From NCBI GenBank assembly GCA_964565845.1, contig CAZMGO010000002.1, positions 1-50,824 of the forward strand: 50,824 nt of DNA, given 5' to 3'. Position 1 is the first letter of the stretch. Each line of letters opens with the position of its first letter. Made by a program: the position numbers and the translations under genes. Positions 30,983 to 40,365 of the stretch are shown here, piece by piece. The notes beneath the pieces are model-generated. The model was not told the origin of the DNA and did not search any database. It was given only the letters and a program-made list of their open reading frames with translations. Source of the stretch: an uncultured Oscillospiraceae bacterium. Lineage in GTDB: Bacteria > Bacillota > Clostridia > Christensenellales > Aristaeellaceae.

Positions 30983-33121
30983 ATGAGTTTGGTTCCGACG
31001 GGGCCGGTCATTCGTCGCCGCCTTGCCATGTGTATGGGTTTGTTTTTCCTGCTGTTCATAGGGCTTTCCACGCGCCTGTTCGTGCTGACGGTGGTTGATT
31101 CGGAGGCACTGCAGGCGAAGGCGCAGTCCCAATGGACGACCGAGGCCGTGATTCAGCCGCGGCGCGGGGCGATTCTTGATCGCAACGGCGAGGTGCTTGC
31201 CATGAGCGCAACGGCATACACGCTGTCGGTCAGCCCAAGGCAGGTAAAAAACGCAGAAGCGCTGGCGCGTCTGCTGTCGCCGGTGATCGGCGTGGACGCG
31301 GAGACCATTCAAAAGCGCGCCTCTGATACGACGAAGGGCGGCGTGACGCTGAAGCGCCAGCTGTCGTATGCCACCACGCAGCAGCTGAAGCTGATGATGG
31401 CCGATGGGGCGCAGCGGAAGACGCACGAGCTCGACGGACTGTATCTGGAGCAGGACAGCAAGCGATATTATCCGTACGGCGCGTTCCTCACGCAGCTTCT
31501 GGGTCTTACCACGATCGACGGCGTGGGGCAGGCCGGACTTGAGCAATCGCTGAACAATTATCTGAGCGGCCGCAGCGGCCGCGTAGTGAAGGAAATTGAC
31601 GGCAAGGGTCGAACGCTGAACATTTCCTCCGGGGAATATGTGCAGGCGATTGAGGGCGGCAGCGCCGTTTTGACGATCGATGCGACGATTCAGGGCTATT
31701 GCGAGAAGGCTGCGCGCGAGGCCATGGAGGTTAATCAGGCCGAGAGTGTGCGCATTCTTGCGATGAACCCCCAAACAGGCGAGATTCTGGCGATGGTAAA
31801 CAAGCCGGACTATGATCCAAACGACCCGCCGCGCGACGACATTCAGACGCTCACCGAGCGGATGCGCAACCGGCTGATTACCGATGCGTATGAGCCGGGC
31901 TCCACGTTCAAGATGATTACCATGTCGGCGGCGCTGGAGGAGAAGCTCACCGACCGCAGCGAGTGGTTCTATTGCTCGGGAAGCGTGTATGTGGAGGGCG
32001 GCCGCATCAAGTGCTGGGGACGGCCGCACGGCTCCGAGTCGCTGACGCAGGCGCTGGAAAACTCCTGCAACCCGGTGTTTGTCGAGCTGGGTCTGCGGCT
32101 GGGAACGGAGCGTTTTTATAAGTATCTGGACGCGTTCGGCTTCGGGCAGAAGACGGGCGTGGACATTCCCGGCGAGGGAAGCGGCATTGTGATTGCGGAA
32201 AGCAGCGTCAAGCGCGTGGACATTGCGCGCATTGGCTTTGGTCAGTCGATTGCCGTTACGCCGGTTCAGCTGCTCACGGCAGCCTGCGCCGTGGTGAACG
32301 GCGGAAAGCTGATGACCCCGTATGTGGTGAAGGAGATTCGCGATTCCGAAGGCAATGTGATTGAGCGCGGCGAGCCGGTCGTGCGTGCAACGCCGATTTC
32401 GGAGAGCACGTCAAAGATCATGCGCGAGATGCTGGAAAGCGTCGTGGAGAATGGCGGCGGCAAAAACGCGTATATCGAGGGGTATCATATTGGCGGGAAA
32501 ACGGGCACGGCGCAGGTGTATATCGACGGAGTGGTTTCCAGCGACACGCACATTGGTTCCTTTATTGGATTTGCGCCGATGGACGATCCGCAGATTGCGC
32601 TGATGGTGATTATCGACCGCGCCGAGCGGCGTCCCGATTATGGCTCCACGACGGCAGCGCCGTTTGCAAGGGACATTCTTTTGCAGACGCTTGCCTACCT
32701 GAATGTGCCGCGAGAGAGCACGGCAGGCGCGGATGAGACCGTGACGGTGCCGAATGTCACGGGCGACACGCTGAATCAGGCGATTAAAAGCCTGAAGGCA
32801 GAGGGACTGGGCTATGTGCTGAGCGGCGCGGGCGCGCGGGTTCAGGATCAGCTGCCCGAGCCGGGCTCGGAAATGACGAAGGGCTCCGTCGTAATGCTGT
32901 ACATGGACGGCGACACGGAGGTGGACGCCGATGCATGGATTGAGGTGCCCGACGTAAAGGGGAAGTCCGTAATGGAGGCGAACCAGACGCTGGTCTCCTG
33001 CGGGCTGAAGCTGAAGCTTTCCGGCAGCGGGATTGCCTGTGCGCAGTCGCCCGAAGCGGGAGAATACGTATTCCCGGATACGGTGGTGGACGTCACGTTC
33101 GCGTTTCCGGGGGAAGAATAA
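30983..33121 (+). CDS. Class B penicillin-binding protein with two C-terminal PASTA domains (FtsI/PBP2B/SpoVD type)
   Basis: N-terminal TM segment. Transpeptidase motifs STFK, SCN and KTGT. Two PASTA units (VPNVTGDT.., VPDVKGKS..). Confidence 0.9.
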   Translation: MSLVPTGPVIRRRLAMCMGLFFLLFIGLSTRLFVLTVVDSEALQAKAQSQWTTEAVIQPRRGAILDRNGEVLAMSATAYTLSVSPRQVKNAEALARLLSPVIGVDAETIQKRASDTTKGGVTLKRQLSYATTQQLKLMMADGAQRKTHELDGLYLEQDSKRYYPYGAFLTQLLGLTTIDGVGQAGLEQSLNNYLSGRSGRVVKEIDGKGRTLNISSGEYVQAIEGGSAVLTIDATIQGYCEKAAREAMEVNQAESVRILAMNPQTGEILAMVNKPDYDPNDPPRDDIQTLTERMRNRLITDAYEPGSTFKMITMSAALEEKLTDRSEWFYCSGSVYVEGGRIKCWGRPHGSESLTQALENSCNPVFVELGLRLGTERFYKYLDAFGFGQKTGVDIPGEGSGIVIAESSVKRVDIARIGFGQSIAVTPVQLLTAACAVVNGGKLMTPYVVKEIRDSEGNVIERGEPVVRATPISESTSKIMREMLESVVENGGGKNAYIEGYHIGGKTGTAQVYIDGVVSSDTHIGSFIGFAPMDDPQIALMVIIDRAERRPDYGSTTAAPFARDILLQTLAYLNVPRESTAGADETVTVPNVTGDTLNQAIKSLKAEGLGYVLSGAGARVQDQLPEPGSEMTKGSVVMLYMDGDTEVDADAWIEVPDVKGKSVMEANQTLVSCGLKLKLSGSGIACAQSPEAGEYVFPDTVVDVTFAFPGEE

Positions 33122-33149
33122 GACACGAGGTTTGGAGGCCGATGGTTCC

Positions 33150-34604
33150 ATGAGGATTCAAGAACTGCTGAACGATCTTCCTATTGCATATCGCCTGATT
33201 GGAGACAAAAACAGGGAGGTTCAGTCGCTGTGCACCGATTCCAGAAAAATTGAGCCCGGTTGTCTGTTCTTCTGCATCCCGGGCATGCACTTCGACGCTC
33301 ACAACTACGCGCCGGAGGCAGTGTCCCGCGGCGCGGCGGCGCTGGTGGTGGAAAGAGAGCTGCAGGTTGACTGTCCGCAGATCCTCGTGGAGAATGTCCG
33401 GCTTGCCATGAGCTATCTTGCGTCGGCGTTTTTTGGAAACCCGTCAAGGTCGCTTAAGATAATCGGCATTACGGGCACGAAGGGAAAGACGACAACAAGC
33501 TTTCTTCTGAAGGCGATTTTGGAAAAGGCTGGCTACAGAGTGGGACTGATTGGCACCGTGTGTACGCTGATTGGCGATACCGAATACGCCGCCGGAAAGA
33601 CAACGCCGGATCCGGTAGAGTTTCAGCAAACGCTGAAGCGGATGCGGGATGCGGGGATGGATTTCGTGGTGATGGAGGTCTCCGCGCACGCGCTTGCCAT
33701 GCACCGCGTGGCGGGAATTCGCTTCGCGGCAGCGGGATTTACCAACCTTTCCCGTGACCATTTGGACTATTTCGGCACAATGGAGGAGTATCTGAAGGCG
33801 AAGCTGGAGATACTTCCGATGGCGGAGCAGAACACCGTGAATGCGGACGACGAACGCGTAGCCGAGGCAGTGGATGCGATGAACATTCCCTATGTTCGAA
33901 CCGGCATTCGCGAGAGAGCCGACGCATATGCGCGCGAGATCGAATTCACCGAAAGCGGTCTCAGCTTCCGCCTGTGCTTCCACAATCGCGCAGCCGCAAT
34001 TGTGCATATGTCGATGACGGGCATTTTCAATGTGTACAACGCGCTGATGGCGGCATCGCTGGCCGATCAGGTGGGTGTGGGCGTGAACGCGATTCGCGAG
34101 GGACTCGAAACCGTCAAGTCCGTGCCGGGACGCATTGAGCTGCTGGACACGCACACGCCGTATCGCGTGATTCTGGATTACGCGCACGCGCCGGATGCAC
34201 TGGAAAACATCCTGACGACCGTGCGTGAGACCACAAAGGGACGCGTGATTGTGCTGTTTGGCTGCGGCGGCGGGCGAGACCACAGCAAGCGCCCCATCAT
34301 GGGCGAAATCGGCGGAAGGCTGGCGGATTTCAGCATTATCACCTCCGACAACCCGCGCGATGAGGAGCCGATGGAAATCATTGACGCGATTGTGGAAGGA
34401 ATTCAGCCCACCGACGGCGAATATGTAGTGATTGAAAACCGCAGAGAGGCCATTCGATACGCACTTGGCATGGCGAGGGAAAACGACTGCGTCGTGCTGG
34501 CCGGAAAGGGACACGAGACCTATCAGGAGATTCGGGGCGAGAAGCATCCGTTCGACGAAAAGGTCATCGTGCAGGAGCTTCTGGAAGAAATGGCAGGAGT
34601 GTAA
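33150..34604 (+). CDS. murE: UDP-N-acetylmuramoyl-L-alanyl-D-glutamate--2,6-diaminopimelate ligase
   Basis: P-loop GITGTKGKTT. DNPR motif (meso-DAP specificity). Start moved to ATG 33150; the ORF-track start at 33033 lies inside the PBP gene. Confidence 0.9.
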   Translation: MRIQELLNDLPIAYRLIGDKNREVQSLCTDSRKIEPGCLFFCIPGMHFDAHNYAPEAVSRGAAALVVERELQVDCPQILVENVRLAMSYLASAFFGNPSRSLKIIGITGTKGKTTTSFLLKAILEKAGYRVGLIGTVCTLIGDTEYAAGKTTPDPVEFQQTLKRMRDAGMDFVVMEVSAHALAMHRVAGIRFAAAGFTNLSRDHLDYFGTMEEYLKAKLEILPMAEQNTVNADDERVAEAVDAMNIPYVRTGIRERADAYAREIEFTESGLSFRLCFHNRAAAIVHMSMTGIFNVYNALMAASLADQVGVGVNAIREGLETVKSVPGRIELLDTHTPYRVILDYAHAPDALENILTTVRETTKGRVIVLFGCGGGRDHSKRPIMGEIGGRLADFSIITSDNPRDEEPMEIIDAIVEGIQPTDGEYVVIENRREAIRYALGMARENDCVVLAGKGHETYQEIRGEKHPFDEKVIVQELLEEMAGV

Positions 34605-34622
34605 TAACGGAGGAAACGGAAG

Positions 34623-35624
34623 ATGCAGAGGTTGATTTTCGCGGTGCTTGCGTCGTTTGTCGCGGCGATGCTGGTAGGCCCGATTCTGATCCCGTGGCTG
34701 AAGAAGCTGAAGGTGGGGCAAACCATTAATGATTTTGGCCCCCGTTCGCATATGCGCAAGCAGGGCACGGTGACGATGGGCGGCTTGATATTCATTCCGT
34801 CGGCAATCGTCTGCGCGATTCTTTTCTCCGTGAAGGGAGAAACGCCGAAGCATGACCTGTGGTTTCTGATTCTTACAATGCTGCTGTTTGCGGCGATTGG
34901 CTTTCTGGACGACTATATCAAGGTGGTCAAAAGGCGTTCGGAGGGTCTGACGCCGAAGCAGAAGCTGCTGCCGCAGATTCTGCTGGGGACTGCCATTGCC
35001 CTGTTTGCTTACAACAGCCCATATATCGGTTCGAAGCTTCATGTGCCGTTTTCGAGCCTTGAATGGGATCTGGGCTGGTTCTATGTTCCGTTCACGGCGT
35101 TCGTCATTGTGGCAATGGTGAATTCGTCGAACCTGCTGGATGGACTGGACGGGCTGTGCGCGGGCAGCGGCATGATCGATTTTGCCGCGCTGGCGCTGAT
35201 TGCGCTGTCCTTGTCTGTTCTGCCGGACGGGACGACGGATAACGACCTTTTCAACACGGCGATCTTCTGCGCATCGCTTTGCGGCGCGCTTTTGGGCTTT
35301 CTGCGGTTCAATACGCATCCTGCGAGCGTTTTTATGGGCGACGTTGGCTCGTTTGCGATTGGCGGAGCCATGGTGGCGGTGGCTATTGTGACTCGGCAAA
35401 TGCTGATTCTGCCCATCATTGCGTTCACAATGGTGCTTGCATCGCTGTCGGATCTGATTCAGTTTGCGTACTTCCGAATTTCGCACGGCAAGCGCGTGTT
35501 CCGCATGGCGCCGCTTCAGCATCACTTTGAGCTGAGCGGCATCCCCGAAACGCGCATCGTCGCCATGTATGACATTGTAACCGCAATGATGTGCCTGATT
35601 GCGCTGAGCGGCTTTGTCGGCTGA
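34623..35624 (+). CDS. mraY: Phospho-N-acetylmuramoyl-pentapeptide transferase
   Basis: About 10 TM segments. NLLDGLDGL and HHFE motifs. RBS GGAGGAAACGGAAG upstream. Confidence 0.92.
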   Translation: MQRLIFAVLASFVAAMLVGPILIPWLKKLKVGQTINDFGPRSHMRKQGTVTMGGLIFIPSAIVCAILFSVKGETPKHDLWFLILTMLLFAAIGFLDDYIKVVKRRSEGLTPKQKLLPQILLGTAIALFAYNSPYIGSKLHVPFSSLEWDLGWFYVPFTAFVIVAMVNSSNLLDGLDGLCAGSGMIDFAALALIALSLSVLPDGTTDNDLFNTAIFCASLCGALLGFLRFNTHPASVFMGDVGSFAIGGAMVAVAIVTRQMLILPIIAFTMVLASLSDLIQFAYFRISHGKRVFRMAPLQHHFELSGIPETRIVAMYDIVTAMMCLIALSGFVG

Positions 35625-35649
35625 TCAAACGGTCGGGGGAGGAATTGAC

Positions 35650-37011
35650 ATGATTGGAAGGCATGTGCTTGTTTGGGGCATGGCGAGATCCGGTATCGCG
35701 GCGGCGAAGCTGCTGAATGACGCGGGCGCGTACGTGCGCATAAACGATTTGAAGACGGCGGAGGCACTGGGCGATTCGATGGCACCGCTGAGGACGGATG
35801 GCATTGAATGGCGGCTGGGCGAGCCTGTAGAGGACTGCCTGAAGGGCATGGACATGCTGGTCATCAGCCCGGGCATTCCGGCGGAGCATCCGGCGGTGTC
35901 GCTTGCGCGAGCGAAGGGCATTGAGGTGATTGGAGAGGTTGAGCTGGCGTACCGGCTGGGGCGCGGTCATGTGGTTGGCGTGACGGGAACCAACGGAAAA
36001 ACGACCACGACGACGCTGCTGGGCGAGGTGTTTAAAAATGCCGGGCGTACCAGCTATGTGGTTGGCAATATCGGCGACCCGTACAGCGCATACGCTTCGC
36101 AAATGAAGGATGACGATATGGTCGTATGTGAGCTTTCGTCGTTCCAGCTGGAAACGGTGGATGCGTTTCGACCGGAAATCTCGCTGATTCTGAACCTGAC
36201 CGAGGATCATCTGAACCGGCATCACACGATGGAGAATTACGCGGCCGTGAAGGAGCGCGTGTTCATGAACCAGCGCGGGGACGACTGCGTGGTGCTGAAT
36301 TATGACGATCCCATCACGCGCGGAATGGCGGCGCACGCGAGATGCCGTGTGGTGTGGTTTTCCCGCACGCAGGTGCCGCCGGAGGGCGCGTTTGTGAAGG
36401 ATGGAATGATTGTATTTGGGAAAAGCGACGCATTCACGCCCGTGAGCAGGGTGGATGACGTGTATATTCCGGGGCCGCATAATTTGGAAAATGCGCTTGC
36501 AGCGACGGCAGCGGCCATTTGCGCCAATGTGCCTGCGCCCGTCGTACGGCATACGCTGCGAACCTTCCGCGGCGTGGAGCACCGCATCGAAGGCGTCCGT
36601 ATGTTGGACGGCGTAAGGTATATCAACGATTCCAAGGGCACGAATCCGGATTCCACGATCAAGGCGGTGGAAACGATGAAGGAGCCCACGGTCATCATCC
36701 TTGGCGGATCGGAGAAGAATTCCGATTTTGGAAGGATGTGCGAGGTCATCCGCCAAAACCCGATTACATACGCGGTGCTGATCGGCAAGACCGGCGAACG
36801 GATTGGCGAGACGCTGAGGGCGCACGGCTTCACGGCGTTTGAATATGCCGGGTATGATTTCGAAGGAGCGATTGGAATTGCGCGGGCACATGCGGTCGAG
36901 GGCGGCAATGTGCTCCTCTCTCCGGCCTGCGCAAGCTTTGACATGTTTTCCGACTACGAGGCGCGCGGACGCGAGTTTAAGCGCATCGTAAACGCGCTGA
37001 AGGAGGCTTGA
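35650..37011 (+). CDS. murD: UDP-N-acetylmuramoylalanine--D-glutamate ligase
   Basis: N-terminal Rossmann motif (VWGMARSG). P-loop VTGTNGKTTT. ATG 35650 follows GGGGGAGG. Confidence 0.9.
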   Translation: MIGRHVLVWGMARSGIAAAKLLNDAGAYVRINDLKTAEALGDSMAPLRTDGIEWRLGEPVEDCLKGMDMLVISPGIPAEHPAVSLARAKGIEVIGEVELAYRLGRGHVVGVTGTNGKTTTTTLLGEVFKNAGRTSYVVGNIGDPYSAYASQMKDDDMVVCELSSFQLETVDAFRPEISLILNLTEDHLNRHHTMENYAAVKERVFMNQRGDDCVVLNYDDPITRGMAAHARCRVVWFSRTQVPPEGAFVKDGMIVFGKSDAFTPVSRVDDVYIPGPHNLENALAATAAAICANVPAPVVRHTLRTFRGVEHRIEGVRMLDGVRYINDSKGTNPDSTIKAVETMKEPTVIILGGSEKNSDFGRMCEVIRQNPITYAVLIGKTGERIGETLRAHGFTAFEYAGYDFEGAIGIARAHAVEGGNVLLSPACASFDMFSDYEARGREFKRIVNALKEA

Positions 37012-37034
37012 CTGGTCTCCGCTTACGCGGGGCC

Positions 37035-38165
37035 ATGGAAAACGGCGCGCCGCTGCTGCGCGAGGTGCGCGGCAAGCGCGCAGAGAAGGGACTCTGGATT
37101 ACCTTCCTCCTGCTGCTGGTAAGCGGGCTTGTGGCGCTGTATGCCGCGAGCTACTACAATGCGCAGGACAAGGGCAGCTCGCTCTCGGAGGTTATCAGTC
37201 AGCTGATCGGCGTGGGCGTGGGCGCGTTTTTGATGGCGGCAGTTTGGAAGCTGAACTATCGGGCGCTTTCCAATCCGCTAATCAGCGGTGCGTTTGTGAT
37301 GGTAAGCCTGCTTTTGCTGGGAATGGTGGCGATTCCGGGAATCGGCGTGTATCTGAACGGCTCACGCCGCTGGCTGAAGCTGGGGCCGATTTCGTTTCAG
37401 CCGTCGGAGCTGGCGAAATATTCGATGGTGCTGTTTATGGCGCGGGCGCTTGCGTCTCCGTCACGGAACATTCGGGATTTCTGGCATGGGCTTGTGCCGC
37501 TGTTCATCGTGCCCGGCGTTATGTTTGCGCTCGTGCTCCTGCAGCCGAATCTCTCTACGGCGGGATCGATTGTGATTGTCGCGGCAGTGATGACGATGCT
37601 TGCGGGCGCACGGTTCAGCCATTTGGGCTTAATCGGCGCGGCGGGTCTGTGCGTGGGTGTATACTATGCCTTCAGCGAGCCGTATCGTCGGGCACGCATG
37701 ATCTCGTTCGTCGATCCGTTTCGCTATCTGTCCAACGAGGGTTATCAGCTGGCGCAGTCGCTGATGGCGTTCGGAAGCGGAGGCTTATTCGGAATGGGGC
37801 TTGGCCGCGGGCGACAGAAGTATTCCTTCCTGCCGTATCCGGAGAGCGATTTCATCTTTGCGGTCATCGGAGAGGATTTAGGCTTCTTCGGCTGCGTGTG
37901 GATTCTGGCGCTGTTCGCTGCGTTTTTGTTTTTCGCGCTTCGAACGGCGATTCGCTGCCGGGATCGATTCGGCAGCCTGCTTGCCGGAGGCATTGCGTGC
38001 ATGATTGGCGTGCAGACGGTTTTGAACGTGGCAGTCGTAACCGGCGTCATGCCAACGACGGGTCTGCCGCTGCCGCTGTTTTCGGCGGGCGGCACGTCCG
38101 TGGCGATTGTAATGGGTGCCGTCGGGCTGATTTTAAACATTTCATCGGAAACGAACGCCGCCTGA
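37035..38165 (+). CDS. ftsW: SEDS-family peptidoglycan glycosyltransferase FtsW/SpoVE
   Basis: About 10 TM segments. QPSELAK and LPLPLFSAGGTS motifs. The start is uncertain: ATG 37035 has a weak RBS, and TTG 37008 lies only 1 nt after AGGAGG. Confidence 0.85.
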   Translation: MENGAPLLREVRGKRAEKGLWITFLLLLVSGLVALYAASYYNAQDKGSSLSEVISQLIGVGVGAFLMAAVWKLNYRALSNPLISGAFVMVSLLLLGMVAIPGIGVYLNGSRRWLKLGPISFQPSELAKYSMVLFMARALASPSRNIRDFWHGLVPLFIVPGVMFALVLLQPNLSTAGSIVIVAAVMTMLAGARFSHLGLIGAAGLCVGVYYAFSEPYRRARMISFVDPFRYLSNEGYQLAQSLMAFGSGGLFGMGLGRGRQKYSFLPYPESDFIFAVIGEDLGFFGCVWILALFAAFLFFALRTAIRCRDRFGSLLAGGIACMIGVQTVLNVAVVTGVMPTTGLPLPLFSAGGTSVAIVMGAVGLILNISSETNAA

Positions 38166-38207
38166 AACGGCAATTACCTGCGAAAACGGAGAAACGGAGA
38201 GAAGCGC

Positions 38208-38990
38208 ATGGCAAACGAGAGAAGAAGATCAACGCGAAACATGATGCCGACATGGTTCTTCCTTCTGATTGTGGGCGTTCTACTGCTCGTCGTGTTCACC
38301 GGAAGACGGAACGTCTTGGAGGAGGTTTGCGTCATACGGGAGGGCACTGTCAGCGCGGCGTATATTTCGGATGAGGAGATTATCCGCGCCTCCGGCCTGA
38401 AAATGGGCGCGTCCATAAGCGCGATTGACGAAATGCTCGAAACGGTGGAGCGCGGCGTTAACGACGTTGGGTATGTGTCGTTTGTGAATCTCGAACGCAC
38501 CGGAGCCAAGAGTGTGACGCTGACCGTCAAAAATCGCGTGCCATGCGCGGTGATTTCCTCTGGGGGTATGTACGTGCTGATCGATACGGACGGATACGTG
38601 ATGGCGCGGCTCGATGAGCTTCCAACCTATGACGTTCTGAATGTGAAGGGTGTGGAGCTGACGGAGATGCTTGCCGGGCGGCTGGCGGCGACCAAGCGTT
38701 CCTCCCAGCTCGATGACGTTCTGAAGATCAGCCGCGCCATCAGCAGCTGTGACGCCGCGAGCCTGATTTCGGATCTTGTGATTAACAACAACGAATACCG
38801 TCTGATCACTCGACCCGGTCTGCTTGTGAAGTTCTATATTGACGACGATCTGGTGGAAATGATCGACATTGTCCGCGGGTTTCTCAACGAGGGGATGACC
38901 TCGGGCGAGGTAATCATTTCAGCGGGTGAGGCGGCATATTCGCCGCGGGAAGGAGGATACAGCGATGCAAGCACCCAACCTGGAATGTAA
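38208..38990 (+). CDS. ftsQ: FtsQ/DivIB-like cell-division protein (TM plus POTRA)
   Basis: Basic N-terminus. One TM segment (WFFLLIVGVLLLVVF). POTRA-like region (IREGTVSAAYISDEEII..). Position between ftsW and ftsA. Confidence 0.7.
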   Translation: MANERRRSTRNMMPTWFFLLIVGVLLLVVFTGRRNVLEEVCVIREGTVSAAYISDEEIIRASGLKMGASISAIDEMLETVERGVNDVGYVSFVNLERTGAKSVTLTVKNRVPCAVISSGGMYVLIDTDGYVMARLDELPTYDVLNVKGVELTEMLAGRLAATKRSSQLDDVLKISRAISSCDAASLISDLVINNNEYRLITRPGLLVKFYIDDDLVEMIDIVRGFLNEGMTSGEVIISAGEAAYSPREGGYSDASTQPGM

Positions 38991-39036
38991 AAACGTAATA
39001 AATTTGAATTATAACTGAAATATTCACAAAAAAGTG

Positions 39037-39066
39037 TTTACAGACGACCGGTCTATCCTGTATAAT
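39037..39066 (+). promoter_or_regulatory. Sigma-A promoter of ftsA-ftsZ (TTTACA - 18 nt - TATAAT)
   Basis: TTTACA at 39037-39042 and TATAAT at 39061-39066, within the only AT-rich gap of the cluster. Confidence 0.6.
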
Positions 39067-39127
39067 AAGAGTACAGAGGATAGGGCTTAGAGAAGATACT
39101 CGTGAACGAGGCGGGAGATAGAGCAAG

Positions 39128-40333
39128 ATGAGAACACAGGTAGCAGCTATCGAGTTTGGCACCTCGAAGATCGTTACTGTGGTTGCGGTGAACGGCATGA
39201 ACCGGTGCGACATCATTGGAAGCGGCACCGTGCCATACGACGGGTACCAGGGCGGCGATTGGGTAACGCCGAACCGGCTGGCTCAGGCGGTGTACAATTC
39301 CATTAGTGCGGCGGAGAAGGACGCGGGCACCAAAATCAAGGATATCTATATCGGCGTGCCGTGCGAATATATACACGTCAAGCATACGGAAGCCACAGTG
39401 CCGATTCGCGGAGAGCGCGGACGCGTATGCAACGAGGATATTGACGAGGTTCAGGACATGGCGGCGAATGTATTTCGCTTTGACCGACACGGCGGCAACG
39501 TAATTCATCGTTCGCCGGCGTGGTTTTCCGTTGATAACGGAAAACGTACAATGCAGCCGTGGAACATGCAGGGTCAGAATTTGACGGCCTGCGTTTCGTT
39601 TATCGTGGCGGATCAGGTTTTTCTGGACGACATGCGCTCGCTGATGGATTCCATGGGCGTAGGAATCAATGGGTTTCTGTCGTCCTCATTCGGCGAACAG
39701 CTGCTGCTTATGTCGGACGAGGAGCGCGAAAAGCCGTGCATTTTCGTCAATGTAGGCTTCCTGAACACCGAGGTAAGCGTCTGTGAGGGCGACGCAATGG
39801 TGTATCATGCGGTTCTGCCGATGGGCGGCGCGCATTTGACGGAGGATCTGGCGCAGGCGATGGAAATTCGCGGCGACGAGGCCGAACAGCTCAAGCGCTG
39901 CTTTGTGCTGGACAAAGATCATTTCGATTTGGTAAATCCACCGGAATTTTACGATGAAAGCGGCAGGAAATTGGATTATAAAGCCGAATTCGTGAAAGAA
40001 TGCATGAAAACGGGCGTGGACGAGCTGTGCGGAATGATCCGGATGACGGTTGAGGATGCGGGCAGTGCCGTGCTGCCGAGATCGCAGGTATATCTGACCG
40101 GCGGCGGACTGGCGTTGATTCGCGGCGGACGCGAATATTTGGCCGGAAAGCTGAATCGGGCGGTAAAGCTGCCTGCGGCGAGGACGTCGCCCAATCTGAG
40201 CAGTCCCGTGTATTCCAGCATGATGGGGCTGTGCCATCTGATTTTTGATTCGATTGAGCAGCGCTCGCCGGATCAGGATACGCTGCCGAACCGCCTTGCG
40301 GACGGCTTGCGCGGCTTGTTTAACAGGAGATAA
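39128..40333 (+). CDS. ftsA: Cell-division protein FtsA (actin-like ATPase)
   Basis: Actin-fold phosphate motifs (AIEFGTSK, VNVGFLNTEV, MGGAHLTEDLA, LTGGGL). Directly upstream of ftsZ. Confidence 0.85.
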   Translation: MRTQVAAIEFGTSKIVTVVAVNGMNRCDIIGSGTVPYDGYQGGDWVTPNRLAQAVYNSISAAEKDAGTKIKDIYIGVPCEYIHVKHTEATVPIRGERGRVCNEDIDEVQDMAANVFRFDRHGGNVIHRSPAWFSVDNGKRTMQPWNMQGQNLTACVSFIVADQVFLDDMRSLMDSMGVGINGFLSSSFGEQLLLMSDEEREKPCIFVNVGFLNTEVSVCEGDAMVYHAVLPMGGAHLTEDLAQAMEIRGDEAEQLKRCFVLDKDHFDLVNPPEFYDESGRKLDYKAEFVKECMKTGVDELCGMIRMTVEDAGSAVLPRSQVYLTGGGLALIRGGREYLAGKLNRAVKLPAARTSPNLSSPVYSSMMGLCHLIFDSIEQRSPDQDTLPNRLADGLRGLFNRR

Positions 40334-40365
40334 AGGATTACAAACTATAGCGAGGGGGATGCCTT